Shown: positions 30,747-45,100 of the stretch, one piece after another | How the letters are laid out: each line of letters opens with the position of its first letter | How positions within the stretch are numbered: position 1 is the first letter of the stretch | Source: Eledone cirrhosa | Taxonomy: Eukaryota | Length of the DNA: 64,000 nucleotides | Direction of reading: 5' to 3' | NCBI GenBank assembly: GCA_964016885.1 | Contig: OZ024741.1 | Location: 340,008,001 to 340,072,000, forward strand | Program-made: the position numbers and the translations under genes | The notes under the pieces: model-generated | Told to the model about the DNA's origin: nothing | Database searches by the model: none | What the model saw: the letters and a program-made list of their open reading frames with translations, nothing else

Positions 30747-31482
30747 TCTCTCTCACTCTCTCTCTCTCTCTCCTGATCTCTCTTGCTCTCTCTCTCTCTC
30801 TCTATCTCTCTCTAACTATCTATCTCTATCTCACTCTCTCTCTATCTCTCACTCTCTCTCTGCCTTCCACCTATTCCGGGAGCCCCTAACAAAACCATGG
30901 ACACTCTTTTCTCTCCCTGACAAAACAGTATAAAACAATTTTTTTAAAAACTGAAAAACGTGAAAAATTATTGATTCAATAATGTGTAATTATCGATTAT
31001 GAATGTGCGTGGCCTAATTGTTAGAGTGTTCGGCTTGCGATCGTAATGTTGTGGATTCGATACTTGAACCAGGTGGCACGTTGTGGCCTTGGGCAAGATA
31101 CTTTATTTATCGTTACTCCAGTCCACTCAGTTGAAATAGAAATAGTTGTACTAGTTATTCCAATCACCAGTTTTGTTACTGTACTCTGTGTCACACTGAA
31201 TCTCCCTTAGAACTATGTTATGGACACACACACATATGCACGTACACACGTATGTTCATATGTTTGTACATATGTATGTATGTATGTATGTATATATGTA
31301 TATATATGTATATATATGTATGTATGCATGTATGTACGTACCTATGTATGTATGTACATATGTATGTATGTATATATGTATTATATATGTATGTATGCAT
31401 GTATGTATGTACGTACGTATGTATATGTATATATGTATGTATGTACGTATATATGTATGTATATACATATGTATTATGTATG

Positions 31483-32083
31483 TCAGGTCACCAGTTGGTG
31501 CTACTGGTAACATGTATCCCAGTCCAACCTGTCCCATGGTCGGGACGTTGGCGACTAAACTGGCAACCCCACCAAGATTTCTTGGTGAGGAGGGTGACTT
31601 TGGACATCCTGCAGGACTAAAAACAAAACCTGTCAAAGGGCAAAGGAGCTCTTAAGAGTCAATGGCCATCCAAAATCACCAGGAGAGAAGACCCCTTAGC
31701 CTTTGTCAAGGCAGAATTCTAGGAGAAGGAAAACTCTGATATAACACCTGCAACTCTGATGGTATCCAATAATGTTGACTTGTTCTTCTTTTTGGTAAAT
31801 ATCATCTTGGTTAAGAGAGTGGGACTGGCTTTGTGCAGTGCCTTTGCTCACTATAAAAGCTTCACGGCACAGGCATTGCTTTATATCTGGAGATCTCTCT
31901 GCACTTGTCGTCACATGGTATCATGGGCCCAGCACTATGTGTCAATAATTGTCACAGGTGTAGTGTTTGTACTAGAGTTTTCAAGTCGCTGACTAGACTA
32001 AAAAGTCACACTCGTTCAGCGCATTCTCCTACATGGATATAAAGTAGTGGCCGTACTCGAAAACGAGTTGGCAGCCACCATTA
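31483..32083 (+). mobile_element. ~600-bp non-autonomous RTE-derived element
   Basis: Shares head and tail with 23500-24091. About 45 bp of (TATG)-rich flank is duplicated (31441-31483 and 32091-32133). Confidence 0.55.
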
Positions 32084-33059
32084 TGTATGTATGTACGTAT
32101 ATATGTATGTATATACATATGTATTATGTATGTATGTAAATATGTATGTATGTATGCATGTATATATGTGTGTGTGTGTCACGAGTAGGCTGTTCCGCTA
32201 TTCATATAACTGAAACACTGAAACACTCGTCGCCTGAACAGACGGAGTCTCAACATATAATTATTGATTAGACTTTCTAGTAATTAAAACGTAAAATTTT
32301 CAACTTATATTCATTCGGGGGGAAATTTCACATTCCAACCTGACTAATGTCACAACACTTCATTATTTCAACAAATCAAAGAACTTTAAAATTATTGAAT
32401 TCCAACATGGCTGAGTGAGCAAAATGATCAATTCAGATAGATTCAGACTCATTAAAACTAAAACAAATACAAAAAATTAAATGTATTTTCGATCATAAAA
32501 TTTCATTAAATTCGGGTTCCGGAAATCTAAAAATGTTTACACAACAAAAGGCTTCTAAAATAATCAAGTTCAATATATTGAGGATTAGGAGAAACAGTCC
32601 ATATTTACTGGTTTTAAATAATGGTTGTGAAGGTACATGGTTTAGTGATTAGGGTGTTCAGCTCGCAATCGTAAGGTAGTGAGTACGAATACTGGCGGCG
32701 CATTTTCCTTCGGCAAGTTATGTTATTTTACGTTGCTCTACTCTGGTTATGAAGGCACATAGTTTAGTGATTGGGATGTTCAGCTCGCGACCGTAAGGTA
32801 GTGGGTTCGATTCTCGACGGCGCATTTGTTCTTCAGCGAGTTATTTTACGTTGCTTCAGTCCACTCTGCTGGCATGAACGAACTGTATCTGTAATTCAAA
32901 GAACCCTTCTTGTTATATATCGTGTCACGCTGAATCTCCCTGAGGTTTTACGTATCAATAGAATGCTCTGCCACTTGCGTGTTAACTTCACTGGCGTGCT
33001 GTTCTGTTATTCGTTAAACTGGAACAGCCATAATCGGAACCGAGGTCCATCAACAACAA

Positions 33060-33178
33060 ATAATTGTTTCTGCTTTGGTCACAAGGCCAGCAATTATCCC
33101 AGCGCATTACTGGTACTTTATTTTAACGACCCCGTAAGGATGAAAGGCAAAATTAACCTTGGCGGGATTTGAACTCAG
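33060..33178 (-). mobile_element. tRNA-headed SINE (Meta-type core), truncated
   Basis: Reverse core and tail. Confidence 0.8.
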
Positions 33179-33371
33179 ACAGGAGAAATGGAAATATATT
33201 ATATTGACCTGTGTACTTGAATCATACTCTATTTCATCGACCCCTGAAGGATGTGAGATTTGAAAATCTGAACGACAGTAACTAAATACCGCACGATCTA
33301 ATTCATCGCCCAGGGACAGATTTTCGGAGTGGAGAAATTAATAGATTATATTGAGTCCAAGTACGTTATTC

Positions 33372-33745
33372 AATCTCCGGTGAAGTCTATGCTAATTGTC
33401 TGGCAAAGAAATGTAGACACATTGTCGATTCCAATCTAGCTGACGAACAGTGTGATGTTCGTCTTGACGCAGCACAACCGACCTAATATTCACACTGTGA
33501 CAGATCTTTGACAAATCATGTGAGTATTGCCAAGAGGTGTATGCTTGTTTCGTAGACCTCGAAAAGGCATATGACTGCGTTCCATAGGACCTATTGTGGA
33601 AGGGTCTGCAGGATTATAGGAGCAATGGACAGCTTCTTGTTGCACTGAAGTCTCTATACGAATGTCCTAGTATTTCTGTTCAGATCAACAATTCAATGTG
33701 GGTGTCCAACTCCTGTACATAATCTCCATGAACAGGATTGACATG
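33372..33745 (+). pseudogene. RTE-like reverse transcriptase fragment
   Basis: Decayed translation LADEQC..STTD.IFTL..VYACFVDLEKAYDCVP..LLVALKSLY. Confidence 0.75.
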
Positions 33746-36284
33746 AACGAAATTCAGTTCATAAAATTTACATTTTTCTACCCGCCTTAAATAAATACTT
33801 TTCATCTTAGTACCATAAAATCACGAAGTCAACTTTGCCTTCCATCCATTTAAAGACGATAAAAAATGTACAATGTACCGGGATCAGTTCTTCCTCTATC
33901 TCACTTCATTTCTCTCACTCTCTATCCTTCTCTGGAAGAAATCTGCTGAATTCAGACCTAGAGAGGAGATGAGCACTGCAAGGTGTAAAAATGCCCTTGA
34001 AATGTCGTATGTAAATATGGCGCCCCTTCGACTCCCTCAGGAGTTACCGGTCCATACATACATACATACATACATACATACATACATACATACATACATA
34101 CATACATACATACATACATACATACATACTATAAAATCAATGTTAATCACAACTTAAGTGTCATATTTTCATTCTTCATATTTCCTTTTTTTGCAAAGTG
34201 ACATGGTTAATGTATTCAACAGATTAAAATACAATTCTTTATTTTACCAGTGTTCATTTTTTGAATGGGTGATGTCTTTTTTCATATGATAAGAGACCAT
34301 TGAAGAAAAAGGTTAACGGTAAAGAGTCATTAACTCCTAATGAAGACGTATGGGCGTCGTCCTGACACACAGGATGGGTGTTTTTACCTGGCGGAGGCTA
34401 TCTCTGGTCTCTTTGAAAGGGAAATGAAGGAGGGGAAAAGAGAATCGACCACAGTACTAGACCGGTACTATATTTATCGACTCGACCTAGAAAGACAAGA
34501 AAGTGTCTTTGACGGAGTATAGACGCAGTGAGCCGGAAAAATACTGAAGCCTTTGTAATCCGACATCTCTAATTACTCTGCAATTTCGCCTCCATGATAT
34601 TGAAGAATTCATTGAAAATTGTATTGTATGAATACATATTTATTTATAGCGATGGTAATTGATCAACAACCTCCAGTATTTTGCTTATTGACTATCTACC
34701 TCCAGTACATTCTCCAGGTTTTTATTTATTAGACACATACCTCCAAAATGGCATCCAGCATTTTGTTAATAGATCACCAACCTCCAGAGTGATGCCCAGT
34801 CAATGTTGTGGCGATTTGATATCTAGCTCCAGTATGCTATCCACTCCAAGATGGTGCCCAACGTCTTGAAATCAATGGCAATATCTATCTAAACGATTCA
34901 CGAACATCTGTCTGGCTGTACTACGTATTACCTGTTTGAAATGTTATTTATTCTGGAGAGCTCGTTGATTTCAGGCAATATAGAATAACATTTGCTCCGT
35001 AATAGCATTAACAGATTTGAATTCATGACTCATTAACTGCTTGACCATGTGGTAAAATGAGTTGCACCTGGGATTCAAGAAATCAACTTTGTCACCTCTT
35101 GTGACACACTGAATCTCCCTGAGAACTTTGTTACAGGTACTACGCGTGTCTGTGAAATGCTTAGGCATTTGTACGTTAATTTTACGAGCGGGTTGTTCAT
35201 TGATCGAATCACCTGGAACACTCCTCGTCGATACCGACGTAGGTGTAACACACAGACACAACTGCTAGACTAATGCATACATTTTCCTTTATGCCATTTC
35301 ATTTCAACATATAATGTTATATATATATATATATATATATATTGAATAAGATAAAAATGAAAAAAAATTACATTGCAAATTAGCAGAGGAACTTAAAATT
35401 GAGAAAACACTAATACAGTATTGATTATTTTATATATTTTCATATCCCAACGGGAACTGAAGTACTTTTGCTACATGGAAGATATGCTGATAATCACAAC
35501 AGATCAATAAGATGCAAACAAGTTGAAAGAGGTTCTTAAATTTTTTCTTTTGATATTGAAGTTTAACGTCCAACCCAACACACAACACCAACACGAAAGG
35601 CATTTCACAGACATCAATATAGAATCTGATAACAACACCAGCTATAATACATCTGTTTATTCTAACGATATTTATACTGAAACGTTCCAACTTTCATACG
35701 ACAAACAAAATCAAATGTAGCAGACGCCGAAATTTCCATCATTAAAATTTTTACTTCAGTGCATTTAAATTCCAAACCTTCAACTGCGAACTAGAAAAAA
35801 AGAATTATCGACAAAATCTCAAACCATATTCGCTTACCTAGTGGGGCGAAACTCGTCAAATCAGACCAAGGAAACAATGTTTCTATTGGTCATTCAGTGA
35901 CTGATATTATCTACAGGCTGCAGCTCCTGGCAGAAAGCGCAACGTGAAAGAAATTGTCTTGCTCAAGGACATAACGCATCACCTAGTCCGGGAATCGAAC
36001 TTGCGACCTCACGATTGCGAACCCAACATTCTAACGACTAAACAAGTTCAAATCTTTCATGGAAATAATTCATGATATATATAGTTGCATTGTCTCAGTG
36101 AGCGAAGCATTACCAAATGTTTAAGAAGTCCGTTTTCCCGGAGAAGGTTGTACTTGTAATTCAAAGAATCATCCCTGTCACGCTGAATCCCCCTCAGAAT
36201 CCCCAGTCATTAATACGTCGAAATTGAAGCAGGTTGTTGTGTATTCGTATATGCATGCACACTTACACACAAGCGCACACACAT

Positions 36285-36376
<92 letters not shown>

Positions 36377-36399
36377 TCATACATACATATTAGTTTCGT

Positions 36400-38053
36400 T
36401 CTTGTGTCTCTGTCTGTCTTTATCTTGTCCTTAATTATTACTTGTGATGTTGTTGCTATTCCCCTCATGTTGGTTTCACTTTAATTTTAGTTGGAGTTCG
36501 TTTGTTTGTTGCTTTTGTAAACTATCGGAATATTGCGTCTTTTGTGTGTGTAGATATAATCTTTATTTCTATGTTCTCTAGTGTGCCTCCATGTTCCATT
36601 TTGGCATGTTGGTGGAGTACTAATGAGTTCTTCCCACCTTGGAGTCCTCACCAGTGTTCATTTATACTTCTCTCATATGCTACGGGCTGTCTCACCTATG
36701 TAAGTTGTGTTTCTATTCCTACACTGTCCTTCCATATATCTTATGCTATATACTACGTTCCTAGTTTTGCAGTTAATTTGTGGGCTTACTTTTCAGACTA
36801 TACATTTCCTATCAGTGCTCGGGTTCTTTTCAAAAGGGTATATTCTACTAATTAGGGCTTTTATGGGAATACCTGGCTTTTCAGCTATCTTGATAATTAA
36901 TTTTAGTTTGTCTAGAGCCCTTCTAAATCTGTAAGCTAGTTCTCCTCTGGGAGTTGCATTGACAAACATCACACTCTGGTATTTATTGCTGTCATACCCC
37001 AAATTGACTTTATTAGTCTTCTTTATTTTTTCTATCTTATTCTAAAATGTTCTCCTATACATGGAGAAAGTCCCTTTCGTATCATTTTCTACATTTGGCC
37101 ATGGCTCCTTTATACACTCTGATCCTGTCTCTCTAATTATAGCCAGAGAACTGCATGTGGTGGATGAAGTGTTGTATGTATCTCTCTAATTTTTTAGGGT
37201 TGCATATGTGAGACACATTCCTTATCACTCTTACTAAATCCGCAATTAATATGTTAACTTTCATGTTATCCGAAACGAATAATCAGGTACTTGGAGGCCA
37301 TGGCTTTGGCATAATGCGAATGAAGGATTTGTGTTTTATTAGTAATGGTTTCTAACCAGAGTTCTGTGTCTAGTACTGGTAATCTATGGTTGGGGTGTTT
37401 AGTTGTGTAATCTATGGAAACTTTAATGCTCAGGTGGATGGAGTTAACTATTTGCTGGATACTTTGCATGGTGTTCCTTTTTAATTCTTGACCGTTCTCC
37501 TGCAGGAGTGATTTCACTACGATGTTTATGTCATTTACGTAGCAGGAATACATAATCAGGGTTATAGAGTTCTCATCTAAGCGTTCCTTAAGTCTCCTGT
37601 CCCACCATACCATAAAGAGTTTAGCTATGTCACCAGCAATGCTGATGCCATTGGTTGCCCCCTTCTCTTGGGCATATGTTTTGTCATTGAACTTAAACAT
37701 ATGTTCCTTAGGAGTTAGTCTTATACTGGCCCTCACCACATGTGCGATCATCTTCTTTACTTGGTCGTAGTTTTCGGTGGTCCGTATGGCTCTGGTCCAC
37801 CGCTCTATCTTTCTGTGTGGGTCTTTTTGGCCATTGAGGTAATGGTAGGTGGTCTACTTCTCTCTGGCCTTGGGGGACAGAGGTTGCAATGGTCGTGTGT
37901 ATCTAAGTAATCCTTATTGTGTGTGAGTTTAAGTAGGTACCCCAGCTCACTAGTATTAATCCCACGGAATTCTACATCACTCTCGCTGATCATCTCTACG
38001 CATTTTTCCACAGCAAAATCAACGTCGATGGAGGAGGTCCTCCGTGCTGTCAC
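36400..38053 (-). mobile_element. Decayed Penelope-like element (RT plus CCHH/GIY-YIG endonuclease; Naiad/Neptune-like)
   Basis: RT motifs FKFNDKTYAQEKG..IAKLFMVWWD..YVND..LPVLD..HYAK, linker VMFVNATPRGEL, and endonuclease CIV*..NCKTRNVVY..YIGETARS..HQH..EH. Confidence 0.85.
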
Positions 38054-38381
38054 ATATGGCTGGGGTCATTTCGATTATGGGGCTTATGATCAGGGAGGGG
38101 AAGTAAGAGAGTCTGTAATTACCGGCAATGTTGGCTCCACAGACTGGCCGTGTTGGTTGTCACGTGACTGGGTCACTATTCGGTTTGTGGTTTTTGCGAA
38201 GCCCAAACAGCGTCGGTACGTCATTTTTCCTGGCCTGGAAATTGTTGGCATTGCGCTTGTTCGGTTGCATTATGCGAGACCACATCATTTGTTTTAACAC
38301 ACGTGATCAGATAAGAAATTTTGCAAAAGAAATACAAAAACAAACTATGTAAATACACACACACACACATATATATATATA

Positions 38382-38452
<71 letters not shown>

Positions 38453-38569
38453 TTTCCATTTATTTAATATCATTGAATATTTACTCCAGTAACTGTTGAG
38501 TGCTCTAAATCAGTTATAAACATGTATGTTTGTCGGACTTCCAACAAATTAAATACCACTTCTACTTAC

Positions 38570-38600
<31 letters not shown>

Positions 38601-38763
38601 TAACGAAGGAATTGTGGAAAGGAACCAGATGGACCATAACGCACCAGAGTACTCAGTACTTAGGGTAGTAGAGTGAGTAATAGGAAAAAGTATGACCCCG
38701 ACGGCAGAGCTCAATCCGTTTCAACGTCGAAACGGCTTGAGCTCTGCCGGCGGGGTCATACTT

Positions 38764-38768
<5 letters not shown>
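38601..38768 (-). mobile_element. Hairpin-ended half-hammerhead element, copy 5 (centre deleted)
   Basis: Shared tail plus palindromic arms, in (TA)n. Confidence 0.88.
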
Positions 38769-38819
<51 letters not shown>

Positions 38820-38873
38820 GTGAGGCTTTTTTACAAAATGAAAAATAACCGAGGTGTCCTACACGAGTGAAAG

Positions 38874-39241
<368 letters not shown>

Positions 39242-39626
39242 GAGAGACATATACATACACACACTCACATATACACACACACAAATTTCAAGAGCATTAT
39301 ACATAGATAAAATAGTTGGTGCATAAACAATAAAAAATAATATAAACATTGTCTACATAAACTAATTAGAAGATAAAGTTCGAGAAACAATTAAAAGTCT
39401 TTGAGGAAGAATTCATTAAAGTTAACGGATATTTCTCTACTTCGAATTTAATCTACAAGGATTAGCTTTCGTAACAATGAAAGTAACTTAATTTCTTTAT
39501 AAAATTATTTCTTAATATATTTATTTATTTACTTATTTATTTATTTACTTATTTACTTATTTATTTATTTATTTACTTATTTATTTATTTATTCATTTAT
39601 TTATTAAAGGTGTTTTCTGGTCTAAT

Positions 39627-40228
39627 AATGGTTTCTAGTATAGGCACAAAGCTATTAATTTTGGGGGAAGGGAAAGTTGATTAAATCGACCCAGTGCATT
39701 ACTGGTACTTTATTTTATCGACCCCGTAAGGATGAAAGACAAAGTTAACCTCGGCGGGATTTGAACTCAGACCGTAAAGGACCGTAACTCTATGCTGCAA
39801 AGCATGATGTCGGACTCTCTACCGATACTGCTAATCTGGTCTAATAATTATTTCTACTTTTGGCACAAGGCCAGCAATTATCCCAGTGTATTACTGGTAC
39901 TTTATTTTATCGACCCCGTAAGGATGAAAGGGAAAGTTAACCTCGGCGGAATTTGAGCTCAGTCCGAATGGCAAGGGCTGTAACTCAATGCGTCAAAGCA
40001 TGGTGTCCAACCCTCTACCGATACTGCCAATCCACCGCCCCTAAGGCCAGCAATATTAAGAAGTGGGAGTCGATTAAACCAACCCCAGTGCGTTACTGGT
40101 GTATATTGTATCGCCCCCGCTACAATGAAAGGCAAAACTAACATCGGCGGGATCTTAGAACTTAGGGCCATAACTCTACACTGCAAAGCATGTTGTACGA
40201 CGCTCTACCGATACTGCCAATCCACCGC
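39627..40228 (-). mobile_element. Tandem stack of three tRNA-headed SINEs
   Basis: Copies at ~39627-39835, 39845-40040 and 40042-40228. CTGGTCTAATAAT recurs at 39617, 39836 and 40233. Confidence 0.88.
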
Positions 40229-40255
40229 TTTACTGGTCTAATAATTGTTTCTACC

Positions 40256-40682
40256 AATTTATCGAGTGATAGAATGAACTCTATAGATAATGAACACAAC
40301 CACAAGGATATGGTCCGAACGTGGAAGAGCCGAACTCGCACTGTCATCGCCTCCATCTCTCTCGCTCTCTCCATCTCTCTGTGTGCTGAGCAAGTGGGAT
40401 CCCACGTGCTGGCCTCCCCACAGCCTCGGCGGACAGAATGGATAAGGCGTTTTCCCAGAGGATAGTAAGGGAGATGCGCTGGAAGAGCCATTCCAACTCG
40501 CGAGGCTCATACCTGCGGCTGGCCAGCTCAGCACCTATGGTGGTGAGTAGGGAGGTAGCATTAGGGCCAAGGACACCAGAAGTCTCCACTGCCAAGGGCA
40601 CGACCGCAAACCTGTCTGAGAGCGACCGGTACTTGGAGAGTTTGGCCTACTCAGTCCGACGTGCAGCAGAACCTGGGTTAGT
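40256..40682 (-). mobile_element. 3' fragment of a CRE-like non-LTR element (restriction-like endonuclease C-terminus)
   Basis: Minus peptide KYRSLSDRFAVVPLAVETSGVLGPNA..IG..RELEWLFQRISLTILWENA matches the remembered CRE-type P.AVET.G..G..QR.S..I.RGNA motif. Confidence 0.7.
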
Positions 40683-40887
40683 CTTAGGCACAAGGCCAAC
40701 AATTTGAAGGAGAGGGGAAAGACGATTAAATCAACCCCAGTGCATTACTGGTGTTTTATTTTATCGACCCCGTAAGGATGAAAGGCAAAGCAAACCTTGT
40801 CGGGATTTGAACTCAGAATATGAAGGCCCGTAACTCTATGCCACAAAACATTGTCCGACGCTCTACCGATACTGCCAATCCACCGCC
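40683..40887 (-). mobile_element. tRNA-headed SINE whose tail is interrupted by the CRE-like fragment
   Basis: SINE body continues to ...TTAGGCACAAGG. The tail remnant TTGTTTCTAC lies at ~40245. Confidence 0.8.
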
Positions 40888-41137
40888 ATATTAAGGTAGG
40901 GTGAAAGCGTGTCTCTTGCTAATTAGGGATGTTCAGATGTGAGGTATGTAGGATGGGGCGTTTTATCGTTGAGAATGATACTTTATTTCCCGCCACTGCA
41001 GTCCACTCAGGTGACAAATGAGAAAGTATCTATAATTCAAAAGGCTAGTCTTTTCTCCTCACACTGTGTCATGCATGATTACCCTAGAGAATAACGTTAA
41101 GCATATACAAGTTTGGAGAGTGCTCAGTCATTTACAT

Positions 41138-41342
41138 TACGAGGGTCGGCTCAAAAGTTCATAGGCTGACTATGAAGAAGTGATACTAGAGCCTGTGAAA
41201 TCTTACATGCATTAATTTCAACTCTTCTTATTAATAACTGTATTGTTTCTTTCTAGGGACTATGTTGAAAATTAAACCTCATTTGGTAATTCCATGAGAG
41301 TATCTTGGAATGACGAAATGAACTTTTCAGTCGACCATCGTA
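41138..41342. mobile_element. Mariner-derived MITE
   Basis: TA-flanked TIRs CGAGGGTCGGCTCAAAAGTTCAT and ATGAACTTTTCAGTCGACCATCG. Internal GGGACTATGTTGAAAA encodes the mariner GDYVE end. Confidence 0.8.
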
Positions 41343-42133
41343 TAATACAAGATGTTCTGTACATTAATTCAAAGCCACGGACTGAATTTCCTTGGAGAAT
41401 TATGCTAAGTGATAAATTTGTCTTTGGAATGCGTGACCACTTGAAGGTTAATTTCACGAACAGGCTATTTCGTAAATTTAATTAACTGAAACGTTCGTCG
41501 CGAAAAGCGATCGAGGTCCAACAAACAATAACAACAACAATAAGGTATCATAACGATTAAGTAAATATATGTAAAACAACTTTGATGCCTGGATAGAATT
41601 TAATTTTTCATTTATCATTTTTTAAATTTTGGTCTTTGATTTACGATTTACAGTGCATTAGAAAGTTTTAATGATTTTTCTTATATCAAAGATAAATATA
41701 AGTAAGGTGAGAGTTTTGTTGTTGGTTTTGATTTTATACATTCTTCTAGTCAGAGGCTTTTATATCTAACAGAAATTTAAACAAAAGGATCAAAATAATT
41801 AAGGAATTGGAGATTAATTATAGGTGTACTTAGAAATGTAGGAATTAATCATTAAAGTATTCGTATATCAGTGTAGAATAAAGTGTTTCACTAGAAAAAT
41901 AATTGAATAGATAAATTAAATTAAATTAATTAAATTTGTAAATATATGAAAGAGAAATTAATTAATTAAGTAATTATATGATTAAATGAAATGTGTATGT
42001 ATGTATGTGTATTAATTAAATATTTTCCTTCAAATAATAATGGATAGCTTTAGGATTGTAATACATACATATACACATCATTATTGTTATTATTATTGTT
42101 GTTGTTCTTGTTGTTATTATTATTATTATTATT

Positions 42134-45100
42134 GTTCTTTGAGTCTCAGTCATTGATGTTATTTAACTGGAAAGTTTGTTGAAATGAATATCAAGCCACT
42201 ATCTGCAGCCTCAGATATTCAGGACGTATCGGAGGGTTCTTGCTGTTCCCAACAAGCATGCCTTTTGAAGTGTTCCAAAAAGCGGGGTGGGACCAATTTT
42301 TTTTAACCATCCTTCGAAACTCTTTGAGATAGTACATATTGCTCCTATGACAATCGGCACCACTTTGGCTTCATGGCAGTTCCAAATCCTTTTTACCTCC
42401 CACTTTAAGTCCTGGTATCGATTAATTTTCTCCCTCTCCTTCTCTTGCACTCTTGTGTCGAATAGGCAGGCTACATCCACAATCAGGCACGATCTTTTTT
42501 CCTTGTCCGAAACCACCAGGTCAGGTCTATTGTGTTCCAGTTTCTTGTCCGTCTGTATCCTAAAATCCCACAGCACCTTCACCTGATCGTTTTTTATCAC
42601 CGACACTGGATTATGCTCATACCACTTCTCAGAATGTGGTAAATTGTTTACTTTGCATAGGTGCCAGTGGATCACCCTGCCCATCACATCATGTCTCCAG
42701 CCTTTATAGTGAGTCTGGGCTACAATGTGCGCCACAGTCTCCTCTCTCTCCACAGATCCTACACAGTGGGCTAGCCTCCTCCTTGTAAATATGGTGTTTC
42801 ACCCACTTCGTTTTGAGGGCCTGCTCTTGCGCAGCCATTAGCATTCCTTCTGTAGCCTTTTTAAGGTCTCCTCTTTCCAACCAGTTCCATGTCTGTGGAT
42901 CTCTGAATTCAGTTTTCTCAAAGAAGGTACTATGAAGGGATTTTTCATGAAGGTTGCTCTTTATCCTTGTTATTTCCTCCATGGACATCACCTGGTCTAT
43001 TGTCCTCTCCTTCAGTATAATTCTGAGCATTGGCTCCCTACTATCAGTCACGTATTTGTGTAGGTTGTTTTTCTCCATCTGAACACAGTCCTCTATGCTG
43101 ATAAAACCTCTTCCACCTTCAGATCTCCTTAAGTAGAGTCTATCGACATCACTCCTCTTGTGGAACATCTTGTAGATAGTCAATAGCTTCCTAGTCTTCC
43201 TATCCATTTCTTTTTGTTCAGCAAACATTCCATCTCAGAATTCACGCACTGTACCTAATAATAGACACAGCTCGGGAATTTACTGCACTTATGGCATTCC
43301 TACTGTTCAGATGTGATTTTAATACGCTCCTTACTCTCCGAATGTATTCAGATCTTATCAATTCCTTCATTTTTTTGTTCTTGATGTCATCAGCCTCCAG
43401 AACACCTAAATATTTGTATCCTTCTTCAGGGTCAATTTCCTTTATCATCTCACCTGTTCAATTTACCTCTCTTCATCACAAAGACTCCACACTTACTAAT
43501 ACTAAATTGCATACATATATCATTGCTGAAAATACGGACAGTGTCAACAAGCACATCCAACTCCTCTCACTCTTCCCGAAGAGCTTAAGATCGTCCATGA
43601 AGAGGAGGTGATTGATGGTAAGCTCTCCCTTTCCCAACTTGTATCCTGCTCTCACTTTTCGCTGTATAATGGTCAGGGGCATCAAGGCAAGGACAAACAA
43701 CAGAGGGGACAGACTATCTCACTGGAAGATACCTCTCTTGATATTCACGCCTCCCAACATTCTCCAGCCGATGTTAACTCTGTTTTCCAGGACTTCATAC
43801 TTTTGCTCAACAACTGTCTGATGTTATCTGCCACCTTGAAGATCTCTAGGCTTTTGGTGATCCAAGAATGAGGCACCATGTCAAATGCCTTTTTGTAGTC
43901 TATCCATCCCATGGCAAGTGTGTCTCCTCTTGTAATTCCTCATTACCATTTTATCAATAAGTAACTGGTCCTTTGTACCACAGGACTTCTTTCGACATCC
44001 TTTCTGTTCGTCCGGTAACAAGTTGTTTATGTGGAGGTGATGGTAGATTTCCTCAGACACAATGCTTGTTAACAGTTTCCACATTACGGACAGACATGTG
44101 ATAGGTCTATAGTTGGTAACATCATTACCCTTGATTCGGTCTTTCATTACCAGAACTGTGGTACCTTTTGTCAACCACTCTGGTACCTCACCTGACATCA
44201 AGCAGTCATTGAACATGGTTGTCAGTTTCGGGTGGAGGGATATTATATTTTTAATCCAATACCCCTGCACACCATCTGGGCCTGGTGATTTCCAGTTGGT
44301 TAGTTTTTTGGCCTGCCCCTTAAGAGTTTCAACTGTGATACTCAAATAAGTTTGTTGGTGTGCCTGTTCACTAATCTCCTTTTGTACTGTCTCAATCCAC
44401 ACTGCCTGATCATTATGTTTAACATCCTACTCCCATATTCCTCTCCAGAATGTCTTAGTTTGTTCCGCCTCAGGGACCAAGTCGTTGCCTCTTTCTTTCC
44501 CCTCAAGCTGTCCAAACAACATTTGGTTGTTGTCAAACATGCGGTTCTGTCTATACTGACTGACTCTGCTCTCGTATCGCCTAATCTTTGCACCTTTTGC
44601 TACAATGCGTTGCTTCAGTTCCTCTATGATAATATTTAGCTTTTTCCTCCTAGTTTTGTACTTTCTTTCCATTCTATTTTTAGTGTCTATGTTTCTTAGT
44701 GTCCCATTCAGTAGGGACTCAAGCTTTCCAATGTCATTTCTCATATCCCTGATTTGACCATTCAGTCGTTTCTTCCACCAATCTTCCACTGATCTTTCTT
44801 GTTTGTTGTTTGCTGTCGCTTTTATGCCAAATAATTTCCTCACCGCATTTGCTGTTGCTTTGAGGATATTGTTGCACTGGTGAAGGTTCCTCGCCTCAAG
44901 GTATGGGATGACTTTGTTTACCTTAGCTGTTGTTTCTTTTAACTTTTAACTTCTACAAATCTTAGGTTCATAGGTTTTCCACTATCATTGTTCATTTCAT
45001 CTACCACTAAGTTTAGGATATCAACCAAATCTTGTCCTAGCCCGTCAGCATTCATTTCCTCAATGGCCGTATCTTTGTTCCAGATATTATTTATTTCAGC

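Noticed and set aside
34660-34870. Recurring CTCCAG motif
   Set aside because: Spacing is irregular, with no consistent unit or reading frame.
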